A DNA stretch of 64,000 nt from an uncultured bacterium (GTDB taxonomy: Bacteria; Verrucomicrobiota; Verrucomicrobiia; Limisphaerales; UBA8199), in NCBI GenBank assembly GCA_963749495.1, contig CAVVMW010000019.1, forward strand, positions 256,001-320,000, in the 5' to 3' direction. Positions 20,481 through 30,100 of the stretch are shown in pieces. The stretch's first letter is position 1. Every line of letters starts with the position of its first letter. A program made the translations under genes and the position numbers. The notes under the pieces are model-generated. The model was not told the DNA's origin. It saw only the letters and a list, made by a program, of their open reading frames with translations, and ran no database searches.

Positions 20481-20769
20481 CCGCCCTCGCGGCCAGCCTG
20501 CTGCGGTTCACCCAGTCCGTTCTCCCGCAGGATCTGCTCGATGCTCGGCACACTCACCTCCTGGTGCCAGGTTTGCGCCAGCCTCCGCTGAATCGCTTCC
20601 AGTTTGAAAGCTGGTGTCATCCATAGCAGGGGTGCTTTCTTGGGCGCTCCTTACCATGAAAGGGCCGGCAAAAAACCCCACCAGAAATTATTTCCGAACA
20701 GCGCCATCGTAAATGCCTGATTCAACGCGAGTTATGAAAACGCCTTTTTCGGTGTGCCGGTTTGCTCAG

Positions 20770-20826
20770 ACCTCTGAAGATGTGGTAAATCGCCCCGGGG
20801 TATTCGACCCTGATTTGGCGCGGCAT
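20770..20826 (-). pseudogene. N-terminal remnant of a RAYT-like Y1 transposase
   Basis: MPRQIRVEYPGAIYHI is the typical N-terminus of this family; truncated. Confidence 0.75.
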
Positions 20827-20896
20827 CGGCAACACGCTGCCCGTACCCCCTGGCGTTCCGTCAAGTGAAAAGTTATGGCCCCTTTCCCGCGATAGA

Positions 20897-21154
20897 ATGG
20901 TGTTTACCAAAGGCGGCCTGCCTATCAGCCTTGCCGCCAAGGAAGCGGAACTACTGCGGTTGCTCATCAACCATCGGGGCCAGGTGCTGACCCGCGAGCA
21001 GATTCTCCATCAAGTGTGGAGCGAACAACCGTTCATCACCGAGCGCACGGTGGACGTCCATATCGCTTGGTTGCGGCAAAAACTGGAGGAGAAACCCCAA
21101 TCCCCCAGGCATATACTGACAGCGCGTGGGGAGGGGTATCGCTTCCAGCATTGA
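20897..21154 (+). pseudogene. Orphan OmpR-type winged-helix DNA-binding domain (receiver domain missing)
   Basis: LAAKEAELLRLLINHRGQVLTREQIL...ERTVDVHIAWLRQKLE...ILTARGEGYRF. Confidence 0.85.
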
Positions 21155-21255
21155 CCAAATTGTCACTGTCCGTCGTCTACGATTCTCTCCGAAGCCATGC
21201 GCCAGCCAAACTTCGCCGCTGACAAGCAGCATGATTCTGCTAAATTAACCCCAAG

Positions 21256-21496
21256 ATGAAATCGGGCCTGCCATTGATTTATCCGCCGGAAGTGCCGATC
21301 TGGGTTGATCCGGAGCGCCTTAGCGGCGCGCCCTGCTTCAAGGGCACCCGCGTGCCGGTGGACAGCTTGTTCACCAATCTCGAAAGCGGCCTCAGTCTCG
21401 ACGAGTACCTCGACTGTTTTCCAGAACGTCACCCGCCAGCAGGCGGTGGCCGTGCTCGAATACGCCCACAAACTGACGCTCCAACCCGCAGCGTGA
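21256..21496 (+). CDS. DUF433-family antitoxin (frameshift near 21427)
   Basis: VDPERLSGAPCFKGTRVPV...LDEYLDCFP continuing as VTRQQAVAVLEYA in another frame. Confidence 0.85.
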
Positions 21497-21743
21497 AAAT
21501 TCTGCTCGACGCATGCACGCCCCGTCCATTGCGCAGGTTCCTACCGGGCCACTCTGTTAGCACGGCACAGGAGATGGGTTGGGGGGCATTGAAGAACGGC
21601 GATCTGCTCCGGCAAGCCGAAGGGCAATTCGAGGCGTTCATCTCGACCGATCAGAACCTCAAATACCAGCAGCAGGTCGTTGGAAGGAAGCTCGCGATTC
21701 TTGTTTTGCCGACCAACGACTGGCCCACGATCCGTTCTCAAAA
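21493..21743 (+). pseudogene. DUF5615 (VapC45-like) PIN toxin, C-terminus cut by the RAYT-like element
   Basis: GTG start: KILLDACTPRPLRRFL..HSVSTAQEMGW..LKNGDLL...FISTDQNLKYQQ; similarity ends at the inverted repeat at 21744. Confidence 0.8.
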
Positions 21744-22829
21744 CCATTGGGGTCATGCCTTGTCATTTGGACAATTGGCACTTGACGCCGGGATTCCGGG
21801 ATGATTCCATTGGCCCATGGCACGGGCGTTGCGCATCGAACGGACGGGCGGGGGGTATCACATCACCGCCCGCGGCAATGAACGCCAGGACATCTTCCGT
21901 GATGACGCAGACCATTTCCATTTTTTCGTATCCCGGTTACGCCGGCTACCGCCCGCCGCTGGCGTGGGTCTGGCGCCAGCCGCTGGCCCGGTTATGTGGC
22001 GGCAACAGTCCCCAGGAGTAACGCTTGACGTGGCCCGGACGCAGGCACGCCATGGCATCTCCACAACTTGGCGCAACCTCGTGCAGTTTGGGGTTGGCTG
22101 TTGTCCCGGAGGGACTACCCGACAATAGCCCGGCGCTTCAGCGCCGGGGACTGCGGTACAATCGTCGGTCCGTCCCGAAGGGACGGCTGAACCGGCCTCA
22201 AGCGTCCCTTCGGGACGCTGACCCCTCCGGGCATCCGACCCGGCGCTGAAGCGCCGGGCTATTGTCATGATGTCCCTCCGGGACAGGATCCCGGCCCAGA
22301 TTATCGCTCTTAGCGAGGCCAGCGTCGGGCCACTACCTGAACAGTCACCCCCAGGAGCAGTGCGCGGGGATTCGGAACTACACTGAAGGGGCGCTGCTCC
22401 AGGGCGGCGTCGAGCCATCTCGGGCGCGCGTGGTGGGCGGCCTGGCGCTGGGGAGCGAGGCTTTCGCGCAGCGACCCAGGGGCGATGCCCGCGGCAACCC
22501 GCCTGAGCAGGCATCGCTCCGGAGCGCGCCCGAGGCGTCGGCCTGGCCGAGGATCCTCTCCGGCTTGGAGCCAGCCAAGGGCGAAAGCTGGAGCAGCTTC
22601 GCCGAGCGGCATGGCGACTGGGGCCGCGACGCGGCGCTGTGGCTGGGTCGGCGAACCGCCCGTTTCCATTTAGCCGAGCTGGGCAAGTCAACTGGCGGTT
22701 TGCACTACGCCGTAGTGGGCAAAGCCCTCGCCCGCTTTGGCCGGCGCCTCGAAGCCGATCCCCGCCTGCGAGAAGAAATAGCCGCAATCTTGGACCGATT
22801 GTCCAAATGACAAGACATGGCCCCAATGG
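21744..22829 (+). mobile_element. Degenerate RAYT-like (Y1/HUH transposase with C-terminal HTH) element bounded by 35-bp inverted repeats
   Basis: IRs 21744-21778 and 22795-22829 (3 mismatches); MARALRIERTGGGYHITARGNERQDIFRDDAD N-terminus, deleted middle, C-terminus ...GRDAALWLGRR..LAELG...YAVVGKALARF ending in the right IR. Confidence 0.82.
22103..22284. repeat. Family B REP-like element, complete palindromic copy nested in the RAYT remnant
   Basis: GTCCCGGAGGGAC...GTCCCTCCGGGAC outer arms with internal hairpins. Confidence 0.9.
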
Positions 22830-22834
22830 GTTTG

Positions 22835-23146
22835 ACGGCGGCGCGCGTTGCGGGAGTGCCAAAGGTGGTCCGACGTGGTGCAGGCGGTTGAACAGGCGCG
22901 CGCTGAGCCGTGGCAGGAACTGGCCGGGCGGCACGGTGACCCAGCTTTGGGGATGGCCCTCTATGTCGCCCGACGAAGCACAGGCGTGACGCTGCGGGCC
23001 TGGGGGAAGCGGCGGGCGGGTTGGATTACACGGCCTTGAGTATGGCGATCAAGCGCTTCGGGCAGCGGGTGGCCAAGGACAGGGCCCTGCGACTGACGAC
23101 CGAACGCTTGCTGGCGGGGGCGCAAATGTGAAATGTGAAGATGTGA
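22835..23146 (+). pseudogene. Second RAYT-like C-terminal HTH remnant
   Basis: WQELAGRHGDPALGMALYVARRSTGVTLR...DYTALSMAIKRF, paralogous to 22560-22810. Confidence 0.7.
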
Positions 23147-23169
23147 CTTTATCGGGACCATCCGCCCGA

Positions 23170-24073
23170 TTACGGCCACTCCCCGTGCCCACAGGACTCC
23201 GGGTGCGGCTGGTGGTCGTAATTCCACAAAGCGGCGCTTTTCGTGAAACTGGCAAGGTACACAATCTTCATCGCGCTGACGTGGCCGTCGCAAAACAGCA
23301 CATTGAACATAGTTCCATGTTGTGGAGGCCTTTGGATGATATGCTGGAAAGGGTCTTGGGTCGTCCGTGCCGGCAAACAATCATTAAAGTCCATGCATGC
23401 GTTGGTTGGGCATCCTGGCTGGAACGTCATGGAAACCTGTCGCCGCGTCAGTTATCGTAATCATCTCGGCCGGTGCCGCGACCAGAGGTTCGGTGACAGG
23501 CCACGCCGGCCAGATGCCGTTGAAGCCGATCGGTGAGTCGCCAAATCCCCACGTGAATCGGCCCCCGTGGGCAGCACGCCCAACCCCGTCAGGCCCGTCG
23601 TTGTTCGAGGCGCCCATCCGGTTGTACGCATAGCTTCCAACCCAACCGATGGTAGGCGCGCCATTATTAAGAACAAAAGAGGTTCTGCTGTCAGAGATCA
23701 GGCCTCGGTAACCCGGGCAATGGTAGGAGGGGTTGGTCCAGCGAAGGGGGCGGTAAGGCGACAGCGCGTCCTCCCATTTGAAGGTATTGTTTTTTAGCGA
23801 ATCGGTCTGGATGCCTTGACTATAAAAAGGATACTGGCTGTGGTTGTCCTGCAAGTACATGTGCAGCGCCAAATCCATTTGGTGAAGATTGCTCGTGCAC
23901 TTGATCCGGTAGGCCTCCGCCTTGGCCCTCGAGAGCGCCGGAAGGAGCATCGCGGCGAGGATCCCGATGACCGCGATGACCACCAGCAGTTCGACCAGCG
24001 TGAAGCCAACACCTCCTGTGCGGCAGCCTGCTCGGACAAGGCCGCACCTTCCGAGGACATTTGTTCGTTTCAT
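23170..24073 (-). CDS. Prepilin-type N-methylation / DUF1559 protein with H-X9-DG motif (frameshift near 23430)
   Basis: [29 protein letters not shown]...[20 protein letters not shown] in the second frame. Confidence 0.9.
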
Positions 24074-24702
24074 ATACAGCCGATCCCTTCGCACCGGGCC
24101 TTAAGGCCAAACCCACCCAGCATGCTGGCGCAAGGTTTGACCACCGAGCGCATTGAACGCCTTGGCGCGCCTCTTGTCAAGTGCGCATTTGGACGCACAT
24201 CGATTTCGCAAGAGGGCCTGGATTTGGCGGTGGGGGCAGGAGTTCGTTTTTTTTTCCAGACCGCCGTCCCGCGTCCTGCTGGCCTGGGTCTCCCCATTGA
24301 AGGCAAAGCGTGGCTGTGAGCCCGCCGCCGGTTCTACTCGGCTGGCGGCCCCGGTATCCAGAGCCCTTTGGCTGTATGGATGGTGTTTCTGTTGCTTTGT
24401 CTGGCTTAACCGCTGAAGAACGGCATGGGCCACCCGCAGAGCAGCGAGCGGTAAATGCGCTTGCGCAGCTCCTGAAGGGTCACCTTGCCCAACCGAAAGA
24501 GTTTGCCATGCACAATGGCGAAGGCGTGAAAGAGCGTGAAGGCGATGATCTTTACTGATAGGAATTTGCTTTTTTGCCGCGTCGGCGGTTATTGACGCTG
24601 CGCGGGTGAGCTCCTGCTCGAGAAAGTATCGGAGTAATCATCCGCTCCGCATCCGCCCCCGTGCGACGGGGGCAGACCGGGCGATGAAGCCCGGAAAAAC
24701 TC

Positions 24703-24849
24703 GTGAATAAGAATCCAGCAGCAGTTGCCCTGGGCCGGCTGGCGGCGGGGCGGCCCAAACATTTTTCGGCGGCTGTGCTAGCTGTGCTCAAGGACCGGCT
24801 GGCCGCGGCGCGCAAGAGGCGCTGGCCCGGGAAGCGCCGGAAGAACTAA
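24703..24849 (+). CDS. 48-aa basic microprotein (KNPAAVALGRL...AARKRRW type), below the ORF-track cutoff
   Basis: Manual translation from GTG: MNKNPAAVALGRLAAGRPKHFSAAVLAVLKDRLAAARKRRWPGKRRKN. Confidence 0.65.
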   Translation: MNKNPAAVALGRLAAGRPKHFSAAVLAVLKDRLAAARKRRWPGKRRKN

Positions 24850-24917
24850 CCGCAAAGAACGCAAAGAACGCAGAGAGGGAATGCCCTTCTCTGCGTTCTT
24901 TGCGTTCTTTGCGGTTA
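24847..24917. repeat. Nonamer-built hairpin (AACGCAAAG)n, possible bidirectional terminator
   Basis: 30-bp perfect inverted arms TAACCGCAAAGAACGCAAAGAACGCAGAGA between convergent genes. Confidence 0.88.
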
Positions 24918-24927
24918 TCAACTCCGG

Positions 24928-25590
24928 TCACTTGCTCCAGGCCCCGGAGCCGATCTCCTTGAGCAATGCCTTCGCATCTTCATCCCCGCCATGGGCCGCC
25001 TGGCTGAGCAGTTCCATGGCCTTGCCCAAATCTTTTTCCACGCGTTTGCCCTCCAGGTAGCGCCTGCCCATCTCGCGCAACCCGAACCTGTCCCCTTCTG
25101 CTGCCAATGTCCGGTGCAGCGCAAGGCTGGCCGCATCCTGCTGCTCTTTGCGCGCCGCCGCTTGCTCCTCGTGAGTAGGGATGGATGGCGGTGGAATGGG
25201 TCTGGAAACCGGTGCAGGCGTGGCCGCGACGCTCGGCAACTCAACCTGGTCAGCCTTGGGCGCGGCAATCCGAGGCGGAGAAAGCCGGCGAAGGCCCGGG
25301 CTCAAAAGGCAAAAGGCTCCCAGGAGGATAATCAGGAGGCCGGGCAAACCAACCGCGGCGGAAATCCCGCTCCGGACCTGCCCGGCCAGCGGCATCGGGC
25401 TGCCGCATTGCGTGCAGCGAAAGGGCCGGCTTCCATTGATGGCCGCCGCAATTATCCAGACCGGAATCCAGAGGCCGCAGAGAAACAGCGTGACCAGGCC
25501 GTGCGCCAGGTGGCTCACCCCCTCCTTTTCAAACAGCCTGGATTCGCCGCACACCGGGCAGAGACCCTGGGCCTGTAATCGCTTGGCCAT
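24928..25590 (-). CDS. Membrane protein with split zinc ribbon (CPVC...CTQC) and C-terminal Sel1-like repeat
   Basis: CxxC pairs around a TM hairpin; EMGRRYLEGKRVEKDLGKAMELLSQAAHGGD. Confidence 0.78.
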   Translation of the reverse strand: MAKRLQAQGLCPVCGESRLFEKEGVSHLAHGLVTLFLCGLWIPVWIIAAAINGSRPFRCTQCGSPMPLAGQVRSGISAAVGLPGLLIILLGAFCLLSPGLRRLSPPRIAAPKADQVELPSVAATPAPVSRPIPPPSIPTHEEQAAARKEQQDAASLALHRTLAAEGDRFGLREMGRRYLEGKRVEKDLGKAMELLSQAAHGGDEDAKALLKEIGSGAWSK

Positions 25591-26052
25591 AGATCACCTT
25601 GGGCGGATTCGCCTTTGACTGATAGGAATTTGCTTTTTTGCCGCGTCGGCGGTTATTTGACGCTGCGCGGGTGAGGGAGAATTGGTTTTGCGTCCCGCTC
25701 ATTCGGTTGCTATGCTGCCAGACGGGGACGAGGGTGTCAAGCGGCAGAGTTTGCCGGTTTGTGCGGAGCACGGGCGCCTTGGGGCGTGCTCCCGCCTAGG
25801 GCCGGCTCAGCGGCCGCAAGTTGCGCGGCAGGGATGGCGGCTCGATGCCGGGCGAGCCGGGAGGATTGGGCCGCCAGGTAAAGGCCCGCCTCCGAACCGG
25901 CCTTCCAGAGGATGATTCTCAATCCGTGAGCACGTTTTCGTAATCGGGCATCGGGTCCGCGTCGGCACAGGATTCGTAGGTATAGGAAAGGGGTCAGCCT
26001 TACATTGTGCATTTTCGGGTGACAGCACGGACGGGGCAGCCACAATGGCACC

Positions 26053-26135
26053 ATGCCGCGCCAACTGCGCATTCAGTTTCCGGGTGCCGTGTACCATCTG
26101 ATGAGCCGTGGGGATCGGCGCGATGACATTCACGA
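26053..26135 (+). pseudogene. N-terminal remnant of a RAYT-like Y1 transposase
   Basis: MPRQLRIQFPGAVYHLMSRGDRRDDI; preceded by GGGGTCAGCCTT at about 25989, similar to the element end at 21744. Confidence 0.8.
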
Positions 26136-26488
26136 AAACCCGCCATTGCCGCTTCGCGGGCGGCCAAAATCCACCCCATCGATAGCCGGCCCAAGCGTAA
26201 AAACTCCGCATTGTCCGAACAGTCCGCGCTGTCCTTGGACACGAGGGCTGGAGGCGGCGCAAAGTGGCGTCGATGAGAAATTCCAGCTTTCAATCCCTCC
26301 AACTGGACCGCCGCCGCGCTGACCGCATCGAAGCCGAGGCCCAAGCCAAGCAAGCCCAAGCCGACTTCCGCGCCCGCATCCTCCACGCAGCCGGGCAGCA
26401 ATCCCTCTCCGAGCTCCTCGCCTCTGGCGACCCGGCCCTCCGAGCCCTGGGCGCTGAATTCTCAAAATGCGTCGCCGCCGAGGAGAGG

Positions 26489-26556
26489 AAACGTGAAACG
26501 TGAAACGTGAAACGTGAAACGTGAACCCTGAACCCTGAACCCTGAACCCTGAACCT
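26489..26556 (+). repeat. Heptamer arrays (AAACGTG)5 followed by (AACCCTG)4-5
   Basis: Direct reading. Confidence 0.92.
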
Positions 26557-26641
26557 TAAAGCCAATTAAAGTCAATTAAACCGCTTGAAGTGAAAAAAGG
26601 AGGCCATGTCGAGTTTCCGAAGATCCTGTTAAACGGCGGAG

Positions 26642-26790
26642 ATGCAGAGAATTTTGTCTCGGTTTATGGCAAGCCGCCGTTTCAAGAATAAGTCTGAAGT
26701 CATCCGTGCCCGCCTCCGCCTTCTGGAGGATCACGAGGCCAAGGCGCCGGCCGCGAGCCGAGGGGATCTGGATCGCTTCATAGAGAGTAA
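26642..26790 (+). pseudogene. ParD-like (RHH) antitoxin fragment
   Basis: ASRRFKNKSEVIRARLRLLEDHE resembles the GRYxNxSEVIRxGLRLLE pattern; runs into a repeat; no ParE partner. Confidence 0.65.
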
Positions 26791-26800
26791 CTGTTCAGGT

Positions 26801-26914
26801 GTGGGGCAGACCTCTGGTCTGCCGGTTCACGGAGCCTCTGGCTCCGTGTCCCCTGCACCTGCGAGGCTCGGGGCCAGAGGCCCCTGCAACCGGCAGACCG
26901 GAGGTCTGCCCCAC
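26801..26914. repeat. Family E REP-like element (GTGGGGCAGACCTCTGGTCTGCC / GGCAGACCGGAGGTCTGCCCCAC)
   Basis: Inverted arms; second copy at 35352-35455. Confidence 0.9.
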
Positions 26915-27139
26915 GCGTCCCGCCTGAACAGTTTCCATAGAGATTGCCTTGACCGGCCCGCGTCCACTCGTTCCAGCAAAGGCATTACTCCGGCGGCGAT
27001 CAAGGCGATGACAACGGTGCCGGCAGAACACGCAGAATACGCAGAAACTCGCATGGACCCCTTCAGTTCTGCGTGGTCTGCGGGCGCATCTCCGCCCTTC
27101 CGGCTTGCCATCCTGCTGGGGCGCCTTACCCTGGTTTTC

Positions 27140-30100
27140 ATGAAACCTCGAATCGTTCCCCTCCTGCTGCCGCTCCTTTCGGCCGCCGTTTGCTGCGGGT
27201 TGCCTCGGGCAGCGGCCCGAGGCGGCGAGGCGGCGCCTGGCAACCTGGCCCTGGGCGCCCGCGCCTCGGCCTTCGAGTCTTACCAGGGGATGACGCCCAA
27301 CCTGGCCAACGACGGCAACCCGGACACGCGCTGGTTGGGGATTCCGGGCCACAACACCGGCGGATGGTTTGAACTGGATTGGGACAAGCCGGTCCGGGTC
27401 GGCGAGGTGGTCGTGTTCCAGCACGACCGCTACGTGAAGGAGATGGACCTGCAGGTCTGGGACGAGCAAGGGCAGGGCTGGGTCACGCTCGAGCACCTGG
27501 GCAGCCCGGACCAGCGCCTGCCCCGCGTCGTGGTCTGCCGGTTCAAATCGCGTTCGACCTCGCGCGTGCGCCTGGCCAACATCACTAACGGCCCAAGCTT
27601 CACCGAGGTCCAGGTCTTCGAGCAGCCGTTCTCGCGTCCCCCGGCCATCACCATGGCTTCGGATGCGGACGGCCGCTTCATCGGGATGGTTTGCGACGAG
27701 TGGGGGAGCGCCCCGGTGGCCGGGGCCGAGGTCTCGCTCGAGGGCGCGGCCAAATCCGGCGCATGGCACGCCGCGGCGCGCAGCGATGAATACGGCCTGT
27801 TTTTTGCCCCGATGCCGCTCGGGCTGACGGGCACGGTGAGCGTGACTGCGCGCCTGCCGGGCGCGGAGTCCCAAGCCGACCACACGGTCGCGGCTCAGGC
27901 GGACGCCGCCGGCTTCCAATACGGTCTGACCCCGGAGAGCCTGGAGCGGCGAAAGCTCAGCCTCGACGGCCCCTGGCGGTTTGCCCCCGACCCGCCGGCC
28001 TTTTGGGAACCTGGCTTCGACGACCGGGCCTGGTCCGGCATCCACGTGCCGGCCCACATCGCCATGGAGGGATTTCAGTCCACCGAGGGCGTGGGCGGCT
28101 ACCGCACGCACTTTCGGGCGCCTCCCGGCTCGGGAAGATTGAAGCTGCGCTTTGACGGCGTCTATAGCGGCGGCGAGGTCTGGGTCAATGGCCGGCGGCT
28201 CGCTTATCATGAAGGCGGGGCGCTGCCCTTCGAGGTGGACATCACGGACGCCGCCACACGCCGCGACAACGTCCTGGCGGTCCGCGTGACCCAGCACACG
28301 GTGGTCAGCGACCAGTTGGACAAGATGAGCGAGTATGCCGATTTCCCGCTGGCCGGCATCATGCGGCCGGTCTGGCTGTTTCGCGTCCCGGCCATTCACA
28401 TCGGCGCGCTGGAACTGACGACACGATTCGATGAGGGCTATCGCGACGCCCGGGTCGATGCGCGCGCGGCCATCGTCAACGAATTGTCGGAGGCCCCGCC
28501 GGAGGCAGAGCTGGAGGTGCGGCTGCTCGACCCGGAGCAGCGCCCCGTGCCGGGCGGCGCCCAGACGGTCGTGGTGGAGGCGCGCCCCTGGGAGCGCGCG
28601 GCCGCGCAGCTTGGCTTGCCCGTCAGGGCGCCTCGCCATTGGGAGGCCGAACACCCGGCCTGCTACGTCCTCGAGGCGGCGCTCAAGGTCAAAGGCCGCG
28701 TGCTCGACAGGGTCGCCCAGCACATTGGCTTTCGCCAGACCGACATCCGGGACGGCCAACTCCTTATCAATGGGCAGCCGGTCAAAATTCGCGGCACCTG
28801 CCACCACGATTCGCACCCGCTGCTGGGCCGCGCGGTCACCCCGGCCCTGGCCCGCCAGGACCTCGAACTGATGAAGGAGGCCAACCTCAACTCATTGCGC
28901 ACGTCCCATTACCCGCCCTTGCCGGCGCTGCTGGACGCCGCCGACGAACTGGGCGTGTATGTCGAAGACGAAGGCTCGTTCTGCTGGGCCGATGTCACGG
29001 ACGACCTGCGGCTGACCCCGCGCGTCATGCAACTCAACGCCGAACTGCTCGCGCGGGATCGAAATCATCCCAGCGTCTTTATATGGTCGGTCTGCAACGA
29101 GAGCGCGTTTGGCTACGGATTGGAGCGCGCCCACCAATGGATGCGCGCCGCCGACCCCAGCCGGCCCAACGCGGGCAGTTGGGCCCGGGGCCTGGTCGAG
29201 ATCACCGTCGAGCACAATCCCATTACCGTGGCCGGCATCGAGCGGATGGAAAGGGCCTCCAAACCGGTCCTTTGGGACGAGTGCTGGTGCATCTACCAGG
29301 GCATTTGGGGCGACGTAGCCGAAATGTGGCTGGACCCGGGCATTCGCGATTATTATGCGGAGCCGCTCCCGGCTATCTATGCGCGGATGATGCAGAGCCG
29401 GAACGTCGCCGGCTCCCAGATTTGGGCATGGTCGGACGACATCTTTTGCGTGCCCAACCGCGGCCTCGAATACGGGCGCCAGGCCACGGCGTGCCATTTC
29501 ATCGAATCCGAGTACCGCTTGCCGGGCCGCGGGTTGGTGGGCGATGCGCCCTGGGGCGTGGTGGACGGCTGGCGGCGCAAGAAACCGGAATTCTGGATTA
29601 CCAAGAAACTGCACTCGCCGGTGAAACTCAAGGAGGCGCCCGTGCCGCTGCCGGCGCCGGGCGCGCCCATTCGCCTGACGGTCGAGAACCAATACGATTT
29701 CACCGACCTGGCCGAACTGAACATCGGTTGGCAGATTGGCCCCGAGCACGGCAGAGCGCGCGCCGCGGTGCCGCCCCATCAAACCGGCGGCGTGGTGTTG
29801 GAGCCGGCGCGGGTGCCCGCAGCCGGGGCGGCGCTGCTCATCGAGTTCAGGGATCGTTCCGGGCGCCTGGTCGATGCCTATCGCCTTCCCTTGGGCCAGG
29901 CGGTCGCGTCCATGCCGCCACTGCGCACCCCCGGCCCGGGGCCCCTGCAAATCGTCCGCGAGAATTACCTGGCCGGCGAGGGAACGCGCGTGGTGGGCCA
30001 GGGATTCGAATTGGCCTTTGACCAGGCCAGCGGCCAATTGCGCCGCGGCGTTGGCTTTGGGCAAGCCCTCCTGCTGGAGATGCCCAGGGTCCACGTGCTG

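Larger units (their letters stand above)
24554..25675 (+). repeat. 57/58-bp direct repeat pair (24554-24610 and 25618-25675) flanking two small genes
   Basis: ACTGATAGGAATTTGCTTTTTTGCCGCGTCGGCGGTTATT(T)GACGCTGCGCGGGTGAG identical except one T. Confidence 0.93.

Noticed and set aside
21256..21804. Apparent DUF433-DUF5615 fusion protein
   Set aside because: Explained by one frameshift near 21427; the normal GTGA stop/start overlap is present at 21493-21496
24310..24558. 82-aa ORF and 79-aa ORF 26264..26503 as genes
   Set aside because: Plausible fragments but no motif I can recognise, so left unannotated
18900..27100. Prophage, ICE or integron
   Set aside because: No integrase, structural, replication or conjugation genes and no tRNA target recognised
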